A stretch of 64,000 bases of DNA from Candidatus Woesearchaeota archaeon (GCA_965205335.1 OZ242164.1:608001-672000), one strand, 5' to 3'; shown: positions 9,182 to 20,256, counted from the stretch's first letter. Notes: generated by a model from the sequence alone, not told the origin. Program-made: numbers and translations.

Positions 9182-12145
9182 ATGGACAGCAAAGAACTAT
9201 TAGAAGTAGAAGACCCAATAATTGAAGTATTAACAAAATACTTAGGTTATAACGAAATCCTGCCAAAAGATGCAGAATTAGAAAGAGAATCCATCAAAGA
9301 CATAACACTAAAAAAAACACTAACAAAAAAACTAAAAGAACTAAACCCTTGGATTAACGAAGAAAACATAAAAAGAGTAATCCAGAAAATAGAAAACCCC
9401 AAAGCAATATCAACATTAGAAGCAAACGAAAAAATACAGGCAATACTTGAAAAAGGAACAACAATAAGACAAAACAACCAAAGCTTAGACGTTAAAATCA
9501 TAGACTACAAAAACCCTCAAAACAATGAATTCACAGTATCAAGACAATTCAGAATAAAACACCACAAAGAAAACAAACCTGATGTAGTCCTCTTCATAAA
9601 CGGCATCCCGATTGTAGTAATAGAATGCAAAAGTCCAACACTAACCAACCCAATGGATGATGCGTTAGAACAACTATACAGATACCAAGAACAAGAAGAC
9701 AGATTCAGAAACTTAGGCTGTCCAAAACTCTTCAACACCACTCAGATAATTGTAGGAACACACAAAGACAAAACAAAATACGCAACAAACTTCACTCAAA
9801 AGAGACACTGGTCTGAATGGAAAGAACCATTTCCCAAAACATTTGAAGAACTAACCAAAACTCTCCCCCAAACTCCAACCTCTCAGGATATATTCTTATT
9901 TGGAGTATGTGAAAAAAACAACCTCCTAAACCTAATCCAGAACTTCATCGTCTATGAAAGAGAAGACAGCAAAATAACAAAGAAAATTGCAAAATACCAG
10001 CAATACAGAGCAGTAAACAAATTAGTTCATAAATGCTTAAAGAAAAAAACATCAAAAGGTGGAGTAATATGGCACACGCAGGGCTCAGGCAAAAGTCTTA
10101 CAATGCTATGGACTGCTGTAAAACTAAGAAGAGAAGAAAAACTTGAAAACCCTACAATGATAATCATTACAGACAGAAACGACTTAGACGACCAAATATC
10201 AGGAACATTCACAAGATGTGGATTTACAAACCCAATACAAACCAAATCTGCAAGAAACCTCAAAGAATTACTAACAAACCCAACAGGTCAGACAATTATG
10301 ACAACAATACAAAAATTTCAGGACTCTGCTCAAACATATCCAATATTAACAGAAAACGAAAACATCTTTGCCCTAATAGATGAAGCTCACAGAACACAAT
10401 ACAAATCACTTGGTGCAAACCTAAGAAAAGCCCTGCCAAATGCAACATTCATAGGATTTACAGGAACACCAATCTCAAAAAAGAACAGAAGTACATTAGA
10501 CACATTCGGAAACTACATAGACATATACGACCACAAACAGGCAGAAAAAGACGGTGCAACAGTTCCAATTTACTACGAAAGCAGAATGCCCAACCTCTCA
10601 ATAACAGGAAACTCCTTAGACGCTTTATTTGACAGACTATTTAAAGACTACTCCAAAGAACAAAGAGAACAAATCAAAAACAAATATGCTACACCCCAAT
10701 CAATAGCCATATCCACAAACCGAATAAGAGAAATTTGCTTGGACATAATAAAACACTACGAAGAACACATTGAACCAAACGGATTCAAAGCCCAGATTGC
10801 AACATTCAACAGAGTCTCCGCAATAAAATACAAAGAAACATTAGACGAACTAAACGCCCCAAGCAGTGAAGTATTAATCTCTTCGCAACATAATGATGAA
10901 GAGCAACTTGCAAAATATCACAAAAGCAAAACTGAAGAAAAAGCAGTAATCAAAAAATTCAAAGAAAAAAAAGAACCTAAAATAATCATAGTATGTGACA
11001 AACTATTAACAGGATTTGATGCCCCAATAGAACAGGTAATGTATCTTGACAGTCCACTTAAAGAACACACACTGCTTCAGGCAGTTGCAAGAGTAAACAG
11101 AACTTACGACAAAAAACCATACGGCTTAATTGTAGATTACTGGGGAGTATCTGCTAACTTACAAGAAGCACTAAACATGTTCTCAAAAAATGAAAGAGAG
11201 GGAATGATACACACAAACTACAAAAACGAAATTCTTCCAAAACTTGAAAGTGCACATAACGTTGCAATTAACTTCTTTAACCCAAACAACATAAACAACA
11301 TAGAAAAATGCGTAATGTGCTTAGAGCCAGAAGATAGAAAAATAACATTTAACCAAAGATTCAGAACCTTCACAAATTACTTGGATATGTTATACCCTGA
11401 CCCAAAAGCCCTTAAATTTACAAAAGACTTAAAGACACTTGCAGAAATTAAAATCAAAGCCAAAAACAAATTTGAAAGACAAAAAGAAACATTTAAAGAA
11501 TGCAGTGCTAAAGTCTTAGCCCTAATTGAAGAACACATAAAAGTAGAAAGCATTGAAAAACTAACAGAACCCACATCCATATTTAGCGAAAAATTTGACG
11601 AAGAAATTGAAAAATTAGGCTCTGCAAAATCAAAAGCAAGTGAAATTGAACATGCAGTAAAACACCAGATAAACATTAAATTAGAAGAAGATCCGATTTA
11701 CTACAAATCTCTAAGAGACAAATTAAAACAAATAATTGAAAACTACAAAGAGGGCAGAATAAATGATGCAGAGCAACTAAAACTACTCAAAAAAGTTCTA
11801 AACAACATAAGAAATCCTCAGACAGAATCAGAGAAATTAGGAGTTGAACCAGAAGTTTCACCATTTTTTAAATTACTAAAAGAAAAAAACAATTCAGACT
11901 ATACCCTAAAAGAAGACAATCCAAATTATAACAATAAACAGAAACTATCAGACAAAGATGCCGCAAATGAGATTTACAAGATATTAGAAGAATACACACA
12001 AATAATTGACTGGTACATAAAAGAAGACACTAAAAGAAAAATGAGAAGCAAAATCAAAAGAATTCTAAGGCAGACAGACTGTGAAAACATTGAGCACAAA
12101 ACCATAGAAATCTTAGATGTAGCAAGAGCAAGATTTAGCAAATGA
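9182..12145 (+). CDS. hsdR: Type I R-M restriction subunit
   Basis: PDVVLFINGIPIVVIECK nuclease motif, HTQGSGKS, DEAHR, LLTGFDAP, QAVARVNR. Confidence 0.97.
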   Translation: MDSKELLEVEDPIIEVLTKYLGYNEILPKDAELERESIKDITLKKTLTKKLKELNPWINEENIKRVIQKIENPKAISTLEANEKIQAILEKGTTIRQNNQSLDVKIIDYKNPQNNEFTVSRQFRIKHHKENKPDVVLFINGIPIVVIECKSPTLTNPMDDALEQLYRYQEQEDRFRNLGCPKLFNTTQIIVGTHKDKTKYATNFTQKRHWSEWKEPFPKTFEELTKTLPQTPTSQDIFLFGVCEKNNLLNLIQNFIVYEREDSKITKKIAKYQQYRAVNKLVHKCLKKKTSKGGVIWHTQGSGKSLTMLWTAVKLRREEKLENPTMIIITDRNDLDDQISGTFTRCGFTNPIQTKSARNLKELLTNPTGQTIMTTIQKFQDSAQTYPILTENENIFALIDEAHRTQYKSLGANLRKALPNATFIGFTGTPISKKNRSTLDTFGNYIDIYDHKQAEKDGATVPIYYESRMPNLSITGNSLDALFDRLFKDYSKEQREQIKNKYATPQSIAISTNRIREICLDIIKHYEEHIEPNGFKAQIATFNRVSAIKYKETLDELNAPSSEVLISSQHNDEEQLAKYHKSKTEEKAVIKKFKEKKEPKIIIVCDKLLTGFDAPIEQVMYLDSPLKEHTLLQAVARVNRTYDKKPYGLIVDYWGVSANLQEALNMFSKNEREGMIHTNYKNEILPKLESAHNVAINFFNPNNINNIEKCVMCLEPEDRKITFNQRFRTFTNYLDMLYPDPKALKFTKDLKTLAEIKIKAKNKFERQKETFKECSAKVLALIEEHIKVESIEKLTEPTSIFSEKFDEEIEKLGSAKSKASEIEHAVKHQINIKLEEDPIYYKSLRDKLKQIIENYKEGRINDAEQLKLLKKVLNNIRNPQTESEKLGVEPEVSPFFKLLKEKNNSDYTLKEDNPNYNNKQKLSDKDAANEIYKILEEYTQIIDWYIKEDTKRKMRSKIKRILRQTDCENIEHKTIEILDVARARFSK

Positions 12146-12873
12146 TTAAGAAATATCATATTATGTGCGGAACTTCAAAAATAGAATTTTCTATACTTTA
12201 TTCCAAAAGAAAAACTGCAACAATAAGCGTATATCCATACAAAGACGTTGAAATTATTGTTCCGCAAAACACAACCTCAGAAGAAACAAAAAAAATAATC
12301 AAAAAAAAAGTTGCATGGATTATTAAAAAAATAGACTTCTTCAATCAAATCTCCAAATATAACGCAACTAAAGAATACATTAATGGAGAAACAATCCTTT
12401 ATTTAGGAAGACAGTACAGAATTGAAATAATAAAATCAAAAAACAAACCCAATGTAAAACTAAAAGGAAGATATTTAGAAATTGAACTTAACAAAAACTT
12501 CAGAACCAAATCAGAACAAAGAAAATACATTAAAACCCTTGTCATAGACTGGTATAGAAAACAAGCCAAAAAAAACATAAAAAAGGCTTTGATCATATAC
12601 TCCAAAAAATTAGGAGTTGAGATTCTAAAATTTAAAATAAAAAACCAAATTAAAAAATGGGGAAGTTGCACTCCAAAGAACACATTAAACTTTAATCTAA
12701 GAATTATAATGGCTTCAAAGTACCAATTTGATTATGTAATTGTTCATGAACTCTGCCATATTAAAATTAAAAATCATTCCGCTAAATTCTGGAAATTAGT
12801 AGAAAGCATTTTAAACGACTATGAACTAAGAAAAACTCAACTTAGAGAAAACGGCAATATGTATGATTTCTAA
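12142..12873 (+). CDS. YgjP/DUF45 (M48/SprT-like) metal-dependent hydrolase
   Basis: WGSC, YVIVHELCH, NHSAKFW; usual position after hsdR. Confidence 0.92.
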   Translation: MIKKYHIMCGTSKIEFSILYSKRKTATISVYPYKDVEIIVPQNTTSEETKKIIKKKVAWIIKKIDFFNQISKYNATKEYINGETILYLGRQYRIEIIKSKNKPNVKLKGRYLEIELNKNFRTKSEQRKYIKTLVIDWYRKQAKKNIKKALIIYSKKLGVEILKFKIKNQIKKWGSCTPKNTLNFNLRIIMASKYQFDYVIVHELCHIKIKNHSAKFWKLVESILNDYELRKTQLRENGNMYDF

Positions 12874-12944
12874 TTAAAATAAAAATCAATTTCTCAAAAT
12901 AATCTATACTTTAAGAACTAAATTGCTTACCAAAACCAAACTTT

Positions 12945-14570
12945 CTAATCCCTTGCTTTCTTTAATGCCGCACTTACAAGTCCGTAGAAAAGAGGGGCAG
13001 GATTTTCCAACCTTGACTTTAACTCTGGATGTGATTGCGTTGCAACAAAATAAGGATGTATCTTTTGCGGAAGTTCAATAAACTCAACTAAATCCCTTTT
13101 CACAGACTTTCCGCTAATTACCAATCCGTTTTTCTCTAAAACCTTTATATAGTTGGGATTTACCTCATACCTATGCCTGTGCCTTTCTGATACCACAAAA
13201 CTATCTTCTCTCTCCGTCATATTCCTCTCTTTGTACAAAGAACTAATTATACCTTTCTTTAACTTTGCCCTGCAATCTCCAAGTCTCATAGTCCCTCCTA
13301 ACTTAACAATATTTTTCTGCTCATCAAGTAAAGTTATCACGGGATTTTTAGTTTTAGAATCAATCTCTGTTGAATTTGCATCTTTTACACCGCAGACATC
13401 TCTAAGAAACTCAACAACTGCAAGTTGCAATCCATAGCAAATTCCCAAAAAAGGAATCTTGTTTTCTCTTGCATACTTTATTATCTTCAATTTTCCTAAA
13501 ACTCCTCTCTCTCCAAAACCACCAGGAACAATTATCCCAGAAACCTCCTTCAATATTTCTTCCCCATAACTCTCCGCAGTATCTATCCATAACTTCTCTA
13601 TCTTAACTCCCAAATTGAACTCACAGTGTAACAAACTCTCAACTATACTTGCATACGAATCCTCAAGTTGCATGTACTTCCCTGCAATTGCAATTTTAAT
13701 CCTCCTTTCCTTTTTTCTTGATAAAAAATTTTCCCATACCTGAAGTTTTTCTAACTTTGGAGGTTTTAATAAAAGTTCCTTTGACAATTTCTCAATCATA
13801 TTCTGGGAATTGAAAATCTGAGGTAAAGTGTATATGCAATCAACATCTGGTGCTGAGAGGACATTTGATGCATCCACATTTGAAAAAAGAACAACCTTTT
13901 TCTTTGCATTATCTGTTAAATAATTTGAAGTTCTTGCAATTATCATCTTTGGCCATATTCCCCTTTGACGCAGAAGATTTATACTTTGCTGAGAAGGTTT
14001 TGTTTTCTGCTCATTTACCCCATATAGAACAGGAACATACGTTAAATGAACATAAATTATATTCTCTTTCCCAACATTTCTCTCAAGTTGCCTTAATGCC
14101 TCAATAAACAACTCACTTTCCATATCCCCAATAGTTCCTCCAACTTCAATTAAAACCAAATCCACATCCTCATTATCTGCAACAGTTATAATCTCGTCTT
14201 GGATAAGATCCGTTACATGCGGTATCATCTGCACAGTCCTGCCAAGATACTTACCTTCCCTTTCCAACTGCCTTATTTTGTGGAATATCTTTCCCATAGT
14301 TATGCTATGCTCCTCTTTAGCATTATAGTCTAAAAACCTCTCATAATGTCCGAAATCCATATCAACTTCACATCCATCCTCCAAGACAAAAACTTCTCCA
14401 TGTTCTATAGGGTTCATCGTACCAGGATCTGAGTTTAGATAGCCATCAAGTTTAATTGGTAAAACCTTATATGTTCCAGAAAATAAAAACCCTATACTTG
14501 CTGTACATACTCCCTTGCCAAGTCCTGATAACACTCCTCCTGTAATTATAATATATTTTCTGGATTTCAT
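12945..14570 (-). CDS. pyrG: CTP synthase
   Basis: TGGVLSGLGKG, DPGTMNP, PGGFG, GICYG, ERHRHRYE, HPE. Confidence 0.98.
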   Translation of the reverse strand: MKSRKYIIITGGVLSGLGKGVCTASIGFLFSGTYKVLPIKLDGYLNSDPGTMNPIEHGEVFVLEDGCEVDMDFGHYERFLDYNAKEEHSITMGKIFHKIRQLEREGKYLGRTVQMIPHVTDLIQDEIITVADNEDVDLVLIEVGGTIGDMESELFIEALRQLERNVGKENIIYVHLTYVPVLYGVNEQKTKPSQQSINLLRQRGIWPKMIIARTSNYLTDNAKKKVVLFSNVDASNVLSAPDVDCIYTLPQIFNSQNMIEKLSKELLLKPPKLEKLQVWENFLSRKKERRIKIAIAGKYMQLEDSYASIVESLLHCEFNLGVKIEKLWIDTAESYGEEILKEVSGIIVPGGFGERGVLGKLKIIKYARENKIPFLGICYGLQLAVVEFLRDVCGVKDANSTEIDSKTKNPVITLLDEQKNIVKLGGTMRLGDCRAKLKKGIISSLYKERNMTEREDSFVVSERHRHRYEVNPNYIKVLEKNGLVISGKSVKRDLVEFIELPQKIHPYFVATQSHPELKSRLENPAPLFYGLVSAALKKARD

Positions 14571-14805
14571 TTTAACCTAAACTCCTCACCCTCTATTCAT
14601 ACAAACTCTTTATCCAAATCTGAATTACATCGGATTTACTTTGAAAAATAAGGATTATTCTCATTTATAATATTATGTTACTATATCGCAAGATATGAAA
14701 TCTAAAACCTTACCATACAACCATGGTATTACCATAATACTATTTAAAATTTACTATCTCCAAATGAAAAGGAACTAAGTTAATATGAAAACCTACAAAC
14801 TACTT

Positions 14806-15692
14806 ATGCTTGAAACATTGCACTAACTGACTTTGAAACACTTGACGGATTTAAATTAAGGGCTCTTTACTCCAAATCAAAAAGCAATATCGTAATTATT
14901 CATGTGCATGGCATGACAAGTTCAATGGCATCAAATACAGGCTCTAATATTTGTAAAATTGCTCAAGACTTAAACATCGGATGCTTGCTCTTGGACACAA
15001 GGGGTAGCGGAATTGTAAACTCCTTAAAAAAAAAAGACATCTTGGGAAACAATATATATCAAATGTGCGGCACTGCATACGAAATTTTTGAAGACTGTTT
15101 AATTGATATTGAATCCTCCATCAACTATCTCAAAGCACTTGGACATACAAAATACATTCTATGCGGGCATTCAACAGGATGCCAAAAATCCCTTTACTAC
15201 GCCCTTGAAAAAGAAAATGATAATATAATAGGACTAATTCTCTTAGCTCCTTGTGATGACATAGCAATTTACAAAAACAAATTAAAAGATGACTTTGAAC
15301 GAACCCTAAAACTTGCAAGACGAAAATATGAATCCGAAACATTTCAGGAAGTTCCCGAATTTGACTTATTATGTGCCAGAAGATTCTATGACTTGCTAAA
15401 CGATGACTCAATTGAAGGAAACCTATTTAATTACGAAAATGAACTTGATCATATCAAAAAAATAAAATGTCCCATTTTAGCTCTTTTCGGAAGTGAAGAA
15501 GAATTTGCCATAAACTGCTCACCAAAGGAAATGCTTGAAAAAATAAAAAAACATTATTCAAACCCAAATTCCCAAACTCAATTAATAAAAGGAGATCATA
15601 GTTTCTATGAGCATGAAGAAGAATTACAAAATGCTGTTTGCAAATTTGTAAAAAAATTATATAACAAACATAAGAACAAACCCGAGAAATAA
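14806..15692 (+). CDS. Alpha/beta hydrolase (DUF1749-like), with apparent 1-nt frameshift just after the start
   Basis: HVHGM, GHSTG nucleophile elbow, GDHSF; the frame stays open upstream of 14904 (FETLDGFKL) back to about 14814. Confidence 0.75.
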
Positions 15693-17051
15693 CGCAGGAA
15701 GAAACGCGATCCCATCCTTAACTAAAAGTTCTCTTAATTTGGGATGTCTCTGTGAAAGTTTTTTGATTTGTTCCAACTGGGTTTTGTCAACTCCTGTTTT
15801 GAAATCCTCTTTATGATAAATTATTTTATGCTTTATTACAATATCTTGCACAATCCAATCTCCCAAAGTTATCTCATCCAATTTTTTCTTCTTTATGAAC
15901 ACAAACTCCTCAACAGACTTGGCAATCTTAATAATAAAATACAAAGGAATTAAAACTGCTATAAGTAAAAACCTTATATCTTCATACGTAAGTAAAACTA
16001 AGGATACGATAACTAAAAGAGAGATTATAGCTTCCCTTCTTGTTATGTGAAATCTTACCTTTGAATAATTTTTAAAATAATGAAAAAATAAAATTACAAT
16101 AGCCAAAACTCCTCCTGCAATAAATGAGAAAAACAAAAACTTGAACATAAACAAAAGAATTTCTACATTGCTTCTCTCAAGTGAAATTACTTTAAGCATA
16201 TACATTACATAATTCAAACCAACAAGCATTCCATAAGGAAGAGATTTTCTGACATACACATCCATTAACTTATTTGACTCATTAATATTATCTCTTATCT
16301 TATGAACTTCATGCTTTGAAAGTCCCAACTTCCCATTCTCATAATCTATGATTTTTTTATTCGATATTACTAAATCAACATCTAATTTATCACCTGCTTT
16401 TAAATCCTCCAAATGCTTTTTCCACTTAAAATATACACTGTCAAAAATTCCATCCCTTGATACAAATATCAATAAAAATGCAATAAATCCTAACCCAATT
16501 AAAACAGCAGGATTGTAATCAAGATAAAGACCTGCAAACAGCACAAGCAATATAGCCATAAGAAGTATCAAATCTTTTCTTTCATCTGACCTTTTAGACA
16601 AGAAGAATTGCACTAAAACAAAAACAAAAAATACAATATCTATAATTATTATATATTTTAGAAATAAATCCAAAAAGACTGGAAGAAAATTAGATAACAA
16701 ATACACTCCCTTTTCATACATTAATCCCATATTTGTTTGAGACAACTGCGTAAACTCTATTAAATAATAAGATGCCGCTCCAAATCCAAGAATGAATTTC
16801 GCATCACCACCTCCCCATATTCCAAAGTAAAATAAGATAACTCCCAAAGCAAAACCTATGAGCAATCCAAATCCTGCGTGTTTTATCGGTTCTGTTGATT
16901 CAATTATTAATGAATGAAATATAGCACAGACTAAAATAAAAAATGCAAGCGAAAAATTAACATAATCATAAACCTCTCTTTTTTTAATATCCTCTATTGA
17001 TGCTATTGTAAAATATGTAAGCACTGTTAGAAGAACTAAATATCCTATCAT
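15657..17051 (-). CDS. Prepilin/preflagellin peptidase (A24, PibD/FlaK-like)
   Basis: ASIEDIKKREV and WGGGDAKF aspartate motifs, multiple TM helices. Confidence 0.88.
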   Translation of the reverse strand: MIGYLVLLTVLTYFTIASIEDIKKREVYDYVNFSLAFFILVCAIFHSLIIESTEPIKHAGFGLLIGFALGVILFYFGIWGGGDAKFILGFGAASYYLIEFTQLSQTNMGLMYEKGVYLLSNFLPVFLDLFLKYIIIIDIVFFVFVLVQFFLSKRSDERKDLILLMAILLVLFAGLYLDYNPAVLIGLGFIAFLLIFVSRDGIFDSVYFKWKKHLEDLKAGDKLDVDLVISNKKIIDYENGKLGLSKHEVHKIRDNINESNKLMDVYVRKSLPYGMLVGLNYVMYMLKVISLERSNVEILLFMFKFLFFSFIAGGVLAIVILFFHYFKNYSKVRFHITRREAIISLLVIVSLVLLTYEDIRFLLIAVLIPLYFIIKIAKSVEEFVFIKKKKLDEITLGDWIVQDIVIKHKIIYHKEDFKTGVDKTQLEQIKKLSQRHPKLRELLVKDGIAFLPALFLGFVLMFVI

Positions 17052-17142
17052 TTTGAAATTTTATGTAATAAAAATATAATCCATTAAAATAATTTTAAGG
17101 GTTGTGTAACACTTCAAAGTGAAATTAAACAACATTTATGTG

Positions 17143-17212
17143 AATAAGCTTAAAAAAAGATTTGGGACTGCTTGAAGGGTGGGGACAAATTGTTCATACC
17201 CTTGAAGTTAAA
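17143..17212 (+). repeat. Diverged ~70-bp copy of an internal segment (17388-17460) of the downstream BRO gene
   Basis: TTGAAGGGTGGGGACAAATTGTTCATACCCTTGAAGTT vs TTGAAGGATGGGGACAAATTGTCTATACCCTTGAAGTT. Confidence 0.85.
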
Positions 17213-17255
17213 AAATTAAGATAATTTTATATAATAGTATAAAATTTAATTTATA

Positions 17256-18080
17256 ATGAGAGAAAGTAGGATCATTGTTTTTGAAGACAAGAGAATACGA
17301 AGAACTTGGTTTAATAATGAGTGGTTTTATGTTATTGAAGATATTGTTTATGCAGTAACAGAGTCTAAAAATCCAAAAGATTACTTAAATAAACTTAAAA
17401 AAAGAGACTTAGGAATCTTTGAAGGATGGGGACAAATTGTCTATACCCTTGAAGTTGAAACATCTGGTGGTGTCCAGAAAATGAATTGTTCTAATACAAA
17501 GGGAATTTTTAGAATAATTCAATCAATACCTTCAAAAAGAGCAGAACCATTTAAGTTATGGCTTGCTCAATTAGGACAGGAAAGAATAGATGAAATAGAA
17601 AACCCTGAATTAGCACAAAATAGAGTAAAGGAATACTATGAGTTAAAAGGTTACCCAAGAAATTGGATTGATAAAAGGTTAAGAGGAATAAGTATAAGAC
17701 AAAAATTAACAGATGAATGGAGAAAAAGAGGAGTTAAAGAAAAAAAAGATTTTGCTATACTAACTAATGAGATACATAAAGCAGTTTTTGATAAGTCAGT
17801 AAAAGAACATAAAGACTTTAAGAATATTCCAAAACAATCCAAGATTAATTTAAGAGATCATTTAACAGATTTGGAGTTAATTCTTTCAATGCTTGGGGAA
17901 GTTTCAACAACAGAACTTGAAAAGCAGAAAGAACCAAAGACACTTAAAGAACATAAAAACATAGCAAACAAAGGTGGCAGTATATCAAAAAAAGCGAGAT
18001 TAGAGCTTGAAAAAGAGACAAAGAAAAAAGTTATTTCTAAAAGAAATTCCTTAAAAAGTAAAAAGAGGTTGGAGAAATGA
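17256..18080 (+). CDS. BRO-N domain DNA-binding protein (phage antirepressor-like)
   Basis: IRRTW, IFRIIQSIPSKRAEPFKLWLA, NLRDHLTDLELI. Confidence 0.9.
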   Translation: MRESRIIVFEDKRIRRTWFNNEWFYVIEDIVYAVTESKNPKDYLNKLKKRDLGIFEGWGQIVYTLEVETSGGVQKMNCSNTKGIFRIIQSIPSKRAEPFKLWLAQLGQERIDEIENPELAQNRVKEYYELKGYPRNWIDKRLRGISIRQKLTDEWRKRGVKEKKDFAILTNEIHKAVFDKSVKEHKDFKNIPKQSKINLRDHLTDLELILSMLGEVSTTELEKQKEPKTLKEHKNIANKGGSISKKARLELEKETKKKVISKRNSLKSKKRLEK

Positions 18081-18298
18081 ATATGGTACAAAAACACAAG
18101 AAAATAAAAATAAGAAAAGAAATCAGAAGGGAGTTAAATGATGATAGATTTTTAACAGATTACACTAAAAAGGAATTAGAGGAGGCAAGAAAAACTCCAA
18201 AAGCCAAATACATAAAAATCAAAGATATATGGCCTCTTTATTCAAAAAAATTCTCAATTTCTAATCTATTATCTTGGGCAACCTTTAATTTCCAATGA
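18077..18298 (+). CDS. Small putative antitoxin, 3' end running into the XPD gene
   Basis: LTDYTKKELEEARKTPKAKYIKIKDI resembles C-termini of archaeal RelB-like antitoxins; no toxin gene follows. Confidence 0.45.
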   Translation: MNMVQKHKKIKIRKEIRRELNDDRFLTDYTKKELEEARKTPKAKYIKIKDIWPLYSKKFSISNLLSWATFNFQ

Positions 18299-20148
18299 TT
18301 TGGAAAACTCTTGGCATAAATAGGAAACAAAAACCTTGAATCCATTAAAACAATTACTCCTTTGTCCTCCTCTGTTCTAATGCACCTTCCTGCCGCCTGA
18401 ATAATCTTAGACATTGCAGGATAAACATACCCATACATCTGCCCCTTTCCATACCTCTTATCAAAATGCTTTATTATTGCAGACGTTGTAACATCAGGAA
18501 CTCCAAGAGGCAAACCAACAACAATTACTATCTCCAAGGCTTCCTTTGGCAAATCCAACCCCTCAGCAAAAGAACCAGAAGTTACCGCAAATAAAACTTT
18601 TGACTTAAAACTCAAAGAACTATTATCACGAAATGCTAACACAAACTTCTCCTTATCTTCCTTTGACATATACCTCTTCTCTCTTAGAACTTTCCTGTCA
18701 AGAGAAAAAACATTAATATTAGATACAACCTTCTCCATCATATCATAACTCGGGAAAAAAACAATTGCATTTTTATCCTGAGCACAATCCAAAATCTCAG
18801 AAACCTTCTCAGCCATTAAACGAAACATCCTAGGACTTCTCGCTGTAAACTTTGTTGTAACCTCATTCTCAACAAGAGTTAATTGATTCTCTGATGAAAA
18901 CGGACTGTCAAGTTCAAGAAGTTCACAATCACAAACCCCTAAAATATCACGATACATCTCAATAGGTGATAGCGTCCCCGACATTAAAACAGAAGAAACA
19001 GAATTATTCAAAATCTCCTTTGCAATATCACAAGGATCAATACACTTAATTCTCAAATTCAATACAGTTTTGCCCTCCCGAACATCCTTATCAAGAACTC
19101 TTAAAAAACTCTCTTCATCATAACTATTCCATCTCTCAAGAAAATTAGCAATTCTCTCAACCTGTGAAACAATCTTATCCTCTTTAATTAACGCTGCGGC
19201 TTCATACAAATCCTTTGCAATAAACTCTACATCCAGACCAACTTTTCCAAACTTGGAATTTAACTTAGTCAGAAACTCATCCTTTGAAACAAGATAACTA
19301 TCACGTCCATCCTCCAATTTATCAAAAAACAATTCTCTAATCACTTCTCCAATATTTTTTACAACAGAATCATACTTAGACGATTTTATAGTATCATTCA
19401 ATTCCCTTAATCCAAAATTTATCAAATCAGACGATAAATTAAACGAAAATCCCATACGAATTCTGTCAGGCAGATTATGAGCCTCATCAACAATTAAAAT
19501 GCACTCATCAAGGGGCTTCCCAACTCTTCCCAAAAACCTCTCAGAAATTCCTGTCTGAAAAAGATAATTATAATCACATATAACAACATCAGAACTCTGG
19601 GCTTTTAGCCCTGCCACTTCATACGGACAAAGCTTGCAACCCGCTGAAAACTCAACAAATTCCTCAACATTCATGCCTGATTTATTTGCCCTACCAATCA
19701 CTCCCAAAACCTGATCCTCATTATCGTTATCCTTGAAATTTTTATAATAAACACACTTCCCCGTTTCACGAACCTTTTTGCAAAACTCATTAAAATCCTG
19801 TGCTGAATACTGCCCCCTATCACTATGAGCACACATATTCCTCTTCCCTATAAATGCAGTATACCTTATCCTCTCACCTGATATCTTGGAATTAATATCA
19901 ATAATTGTCTTTATAACCTGATTTGCCTGAGTCTGTCTTGAAGTCAAAACAATTACTTTATGCCCTCTCTCTCTTGCAATTGAAATTGCAGGAGCAAGAG
20001 CAGAAATTGTCTTTCCAAGTCCTGTTGGAGCATTTACTAAAATATTTTTATTCTCTTCTATTGTAGAATAAACCTGTCTAATAAATTCATCTTGCCCTCG
20101 GCGAACTTTTTCATAAGGGAAGTTTACTTTTTCAAGAAGAGAATCCAT
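18238..20148 (-). CDS. xpd: XPD/Rad3 (DinG family) Fe-S DNA helicase
   Basis: APTGLGKT, four-Cys cluster, DEAHN, SGTL, QAAGRCIR. Confidence 0.93.
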   Translation of the reverse strand: MDSLLEKVNFPYEKVRRGQDEFIRQVYSTIEENKNILVNAPTGLGKTISALAPAISIARERGHKVIVLTSRQTQANQVIKTIIDINSKISGERIRYTAFIGKRNMCAHSDRGQYSAQDFNEFCKKVRETGKCVYYKNFKDNDNEDQVLGVIGRANKSGMNVEEFVEFSAGCKLCPYEVAGLKAQSSDVVICDYNYLFQTGISERFLGRVGKPLDECILIVDEAHNLPDRIRMGFSFNLSSDLINFGLRELNDTIKSSKYDSVVKNIGEVIRELFFDKLEDGRDSYLVSKDEFLTKLNSKFGKVGLDVEFIAKDLYEAAALIKEDKIVSQVERIANFLERWNSYDEESFLRVLDKDVREGKTVLNLRIKCIDPCDIAKEILNNSVSSVLMSGTLSPIEMYRDILGVCDCELLELDSPFSSENQLTLVENEVTTKFTARSPRMFRLMAEKVSEILDCAQDKNAIVFFPSYDMMEKVVSNINVFSLDRKVLREKRYMSKEDKEKFVLAFRDNSSLSFKSKVLFAVTSGSFAEGLDLPKEALEIVIVVGLPLGVPDVTTSAIIKHFDKRYGKGQMYGYVYPAMSKIIQAAGRCIRTEEDKGVIVLMDSRFLFPIYAKSFPNHWKLKVAQDNRLEIENFFE

Positions 20149-20256
20149 AATAAAGTTAAGAGAGATATGTTATAAATCTTTTGTGTTCTTGGAAAATCAC
20201 ATTAACGAGAATACAGAATTTAATCCTGAATTAAAGAATTCCAATGTTTTCGCCAA

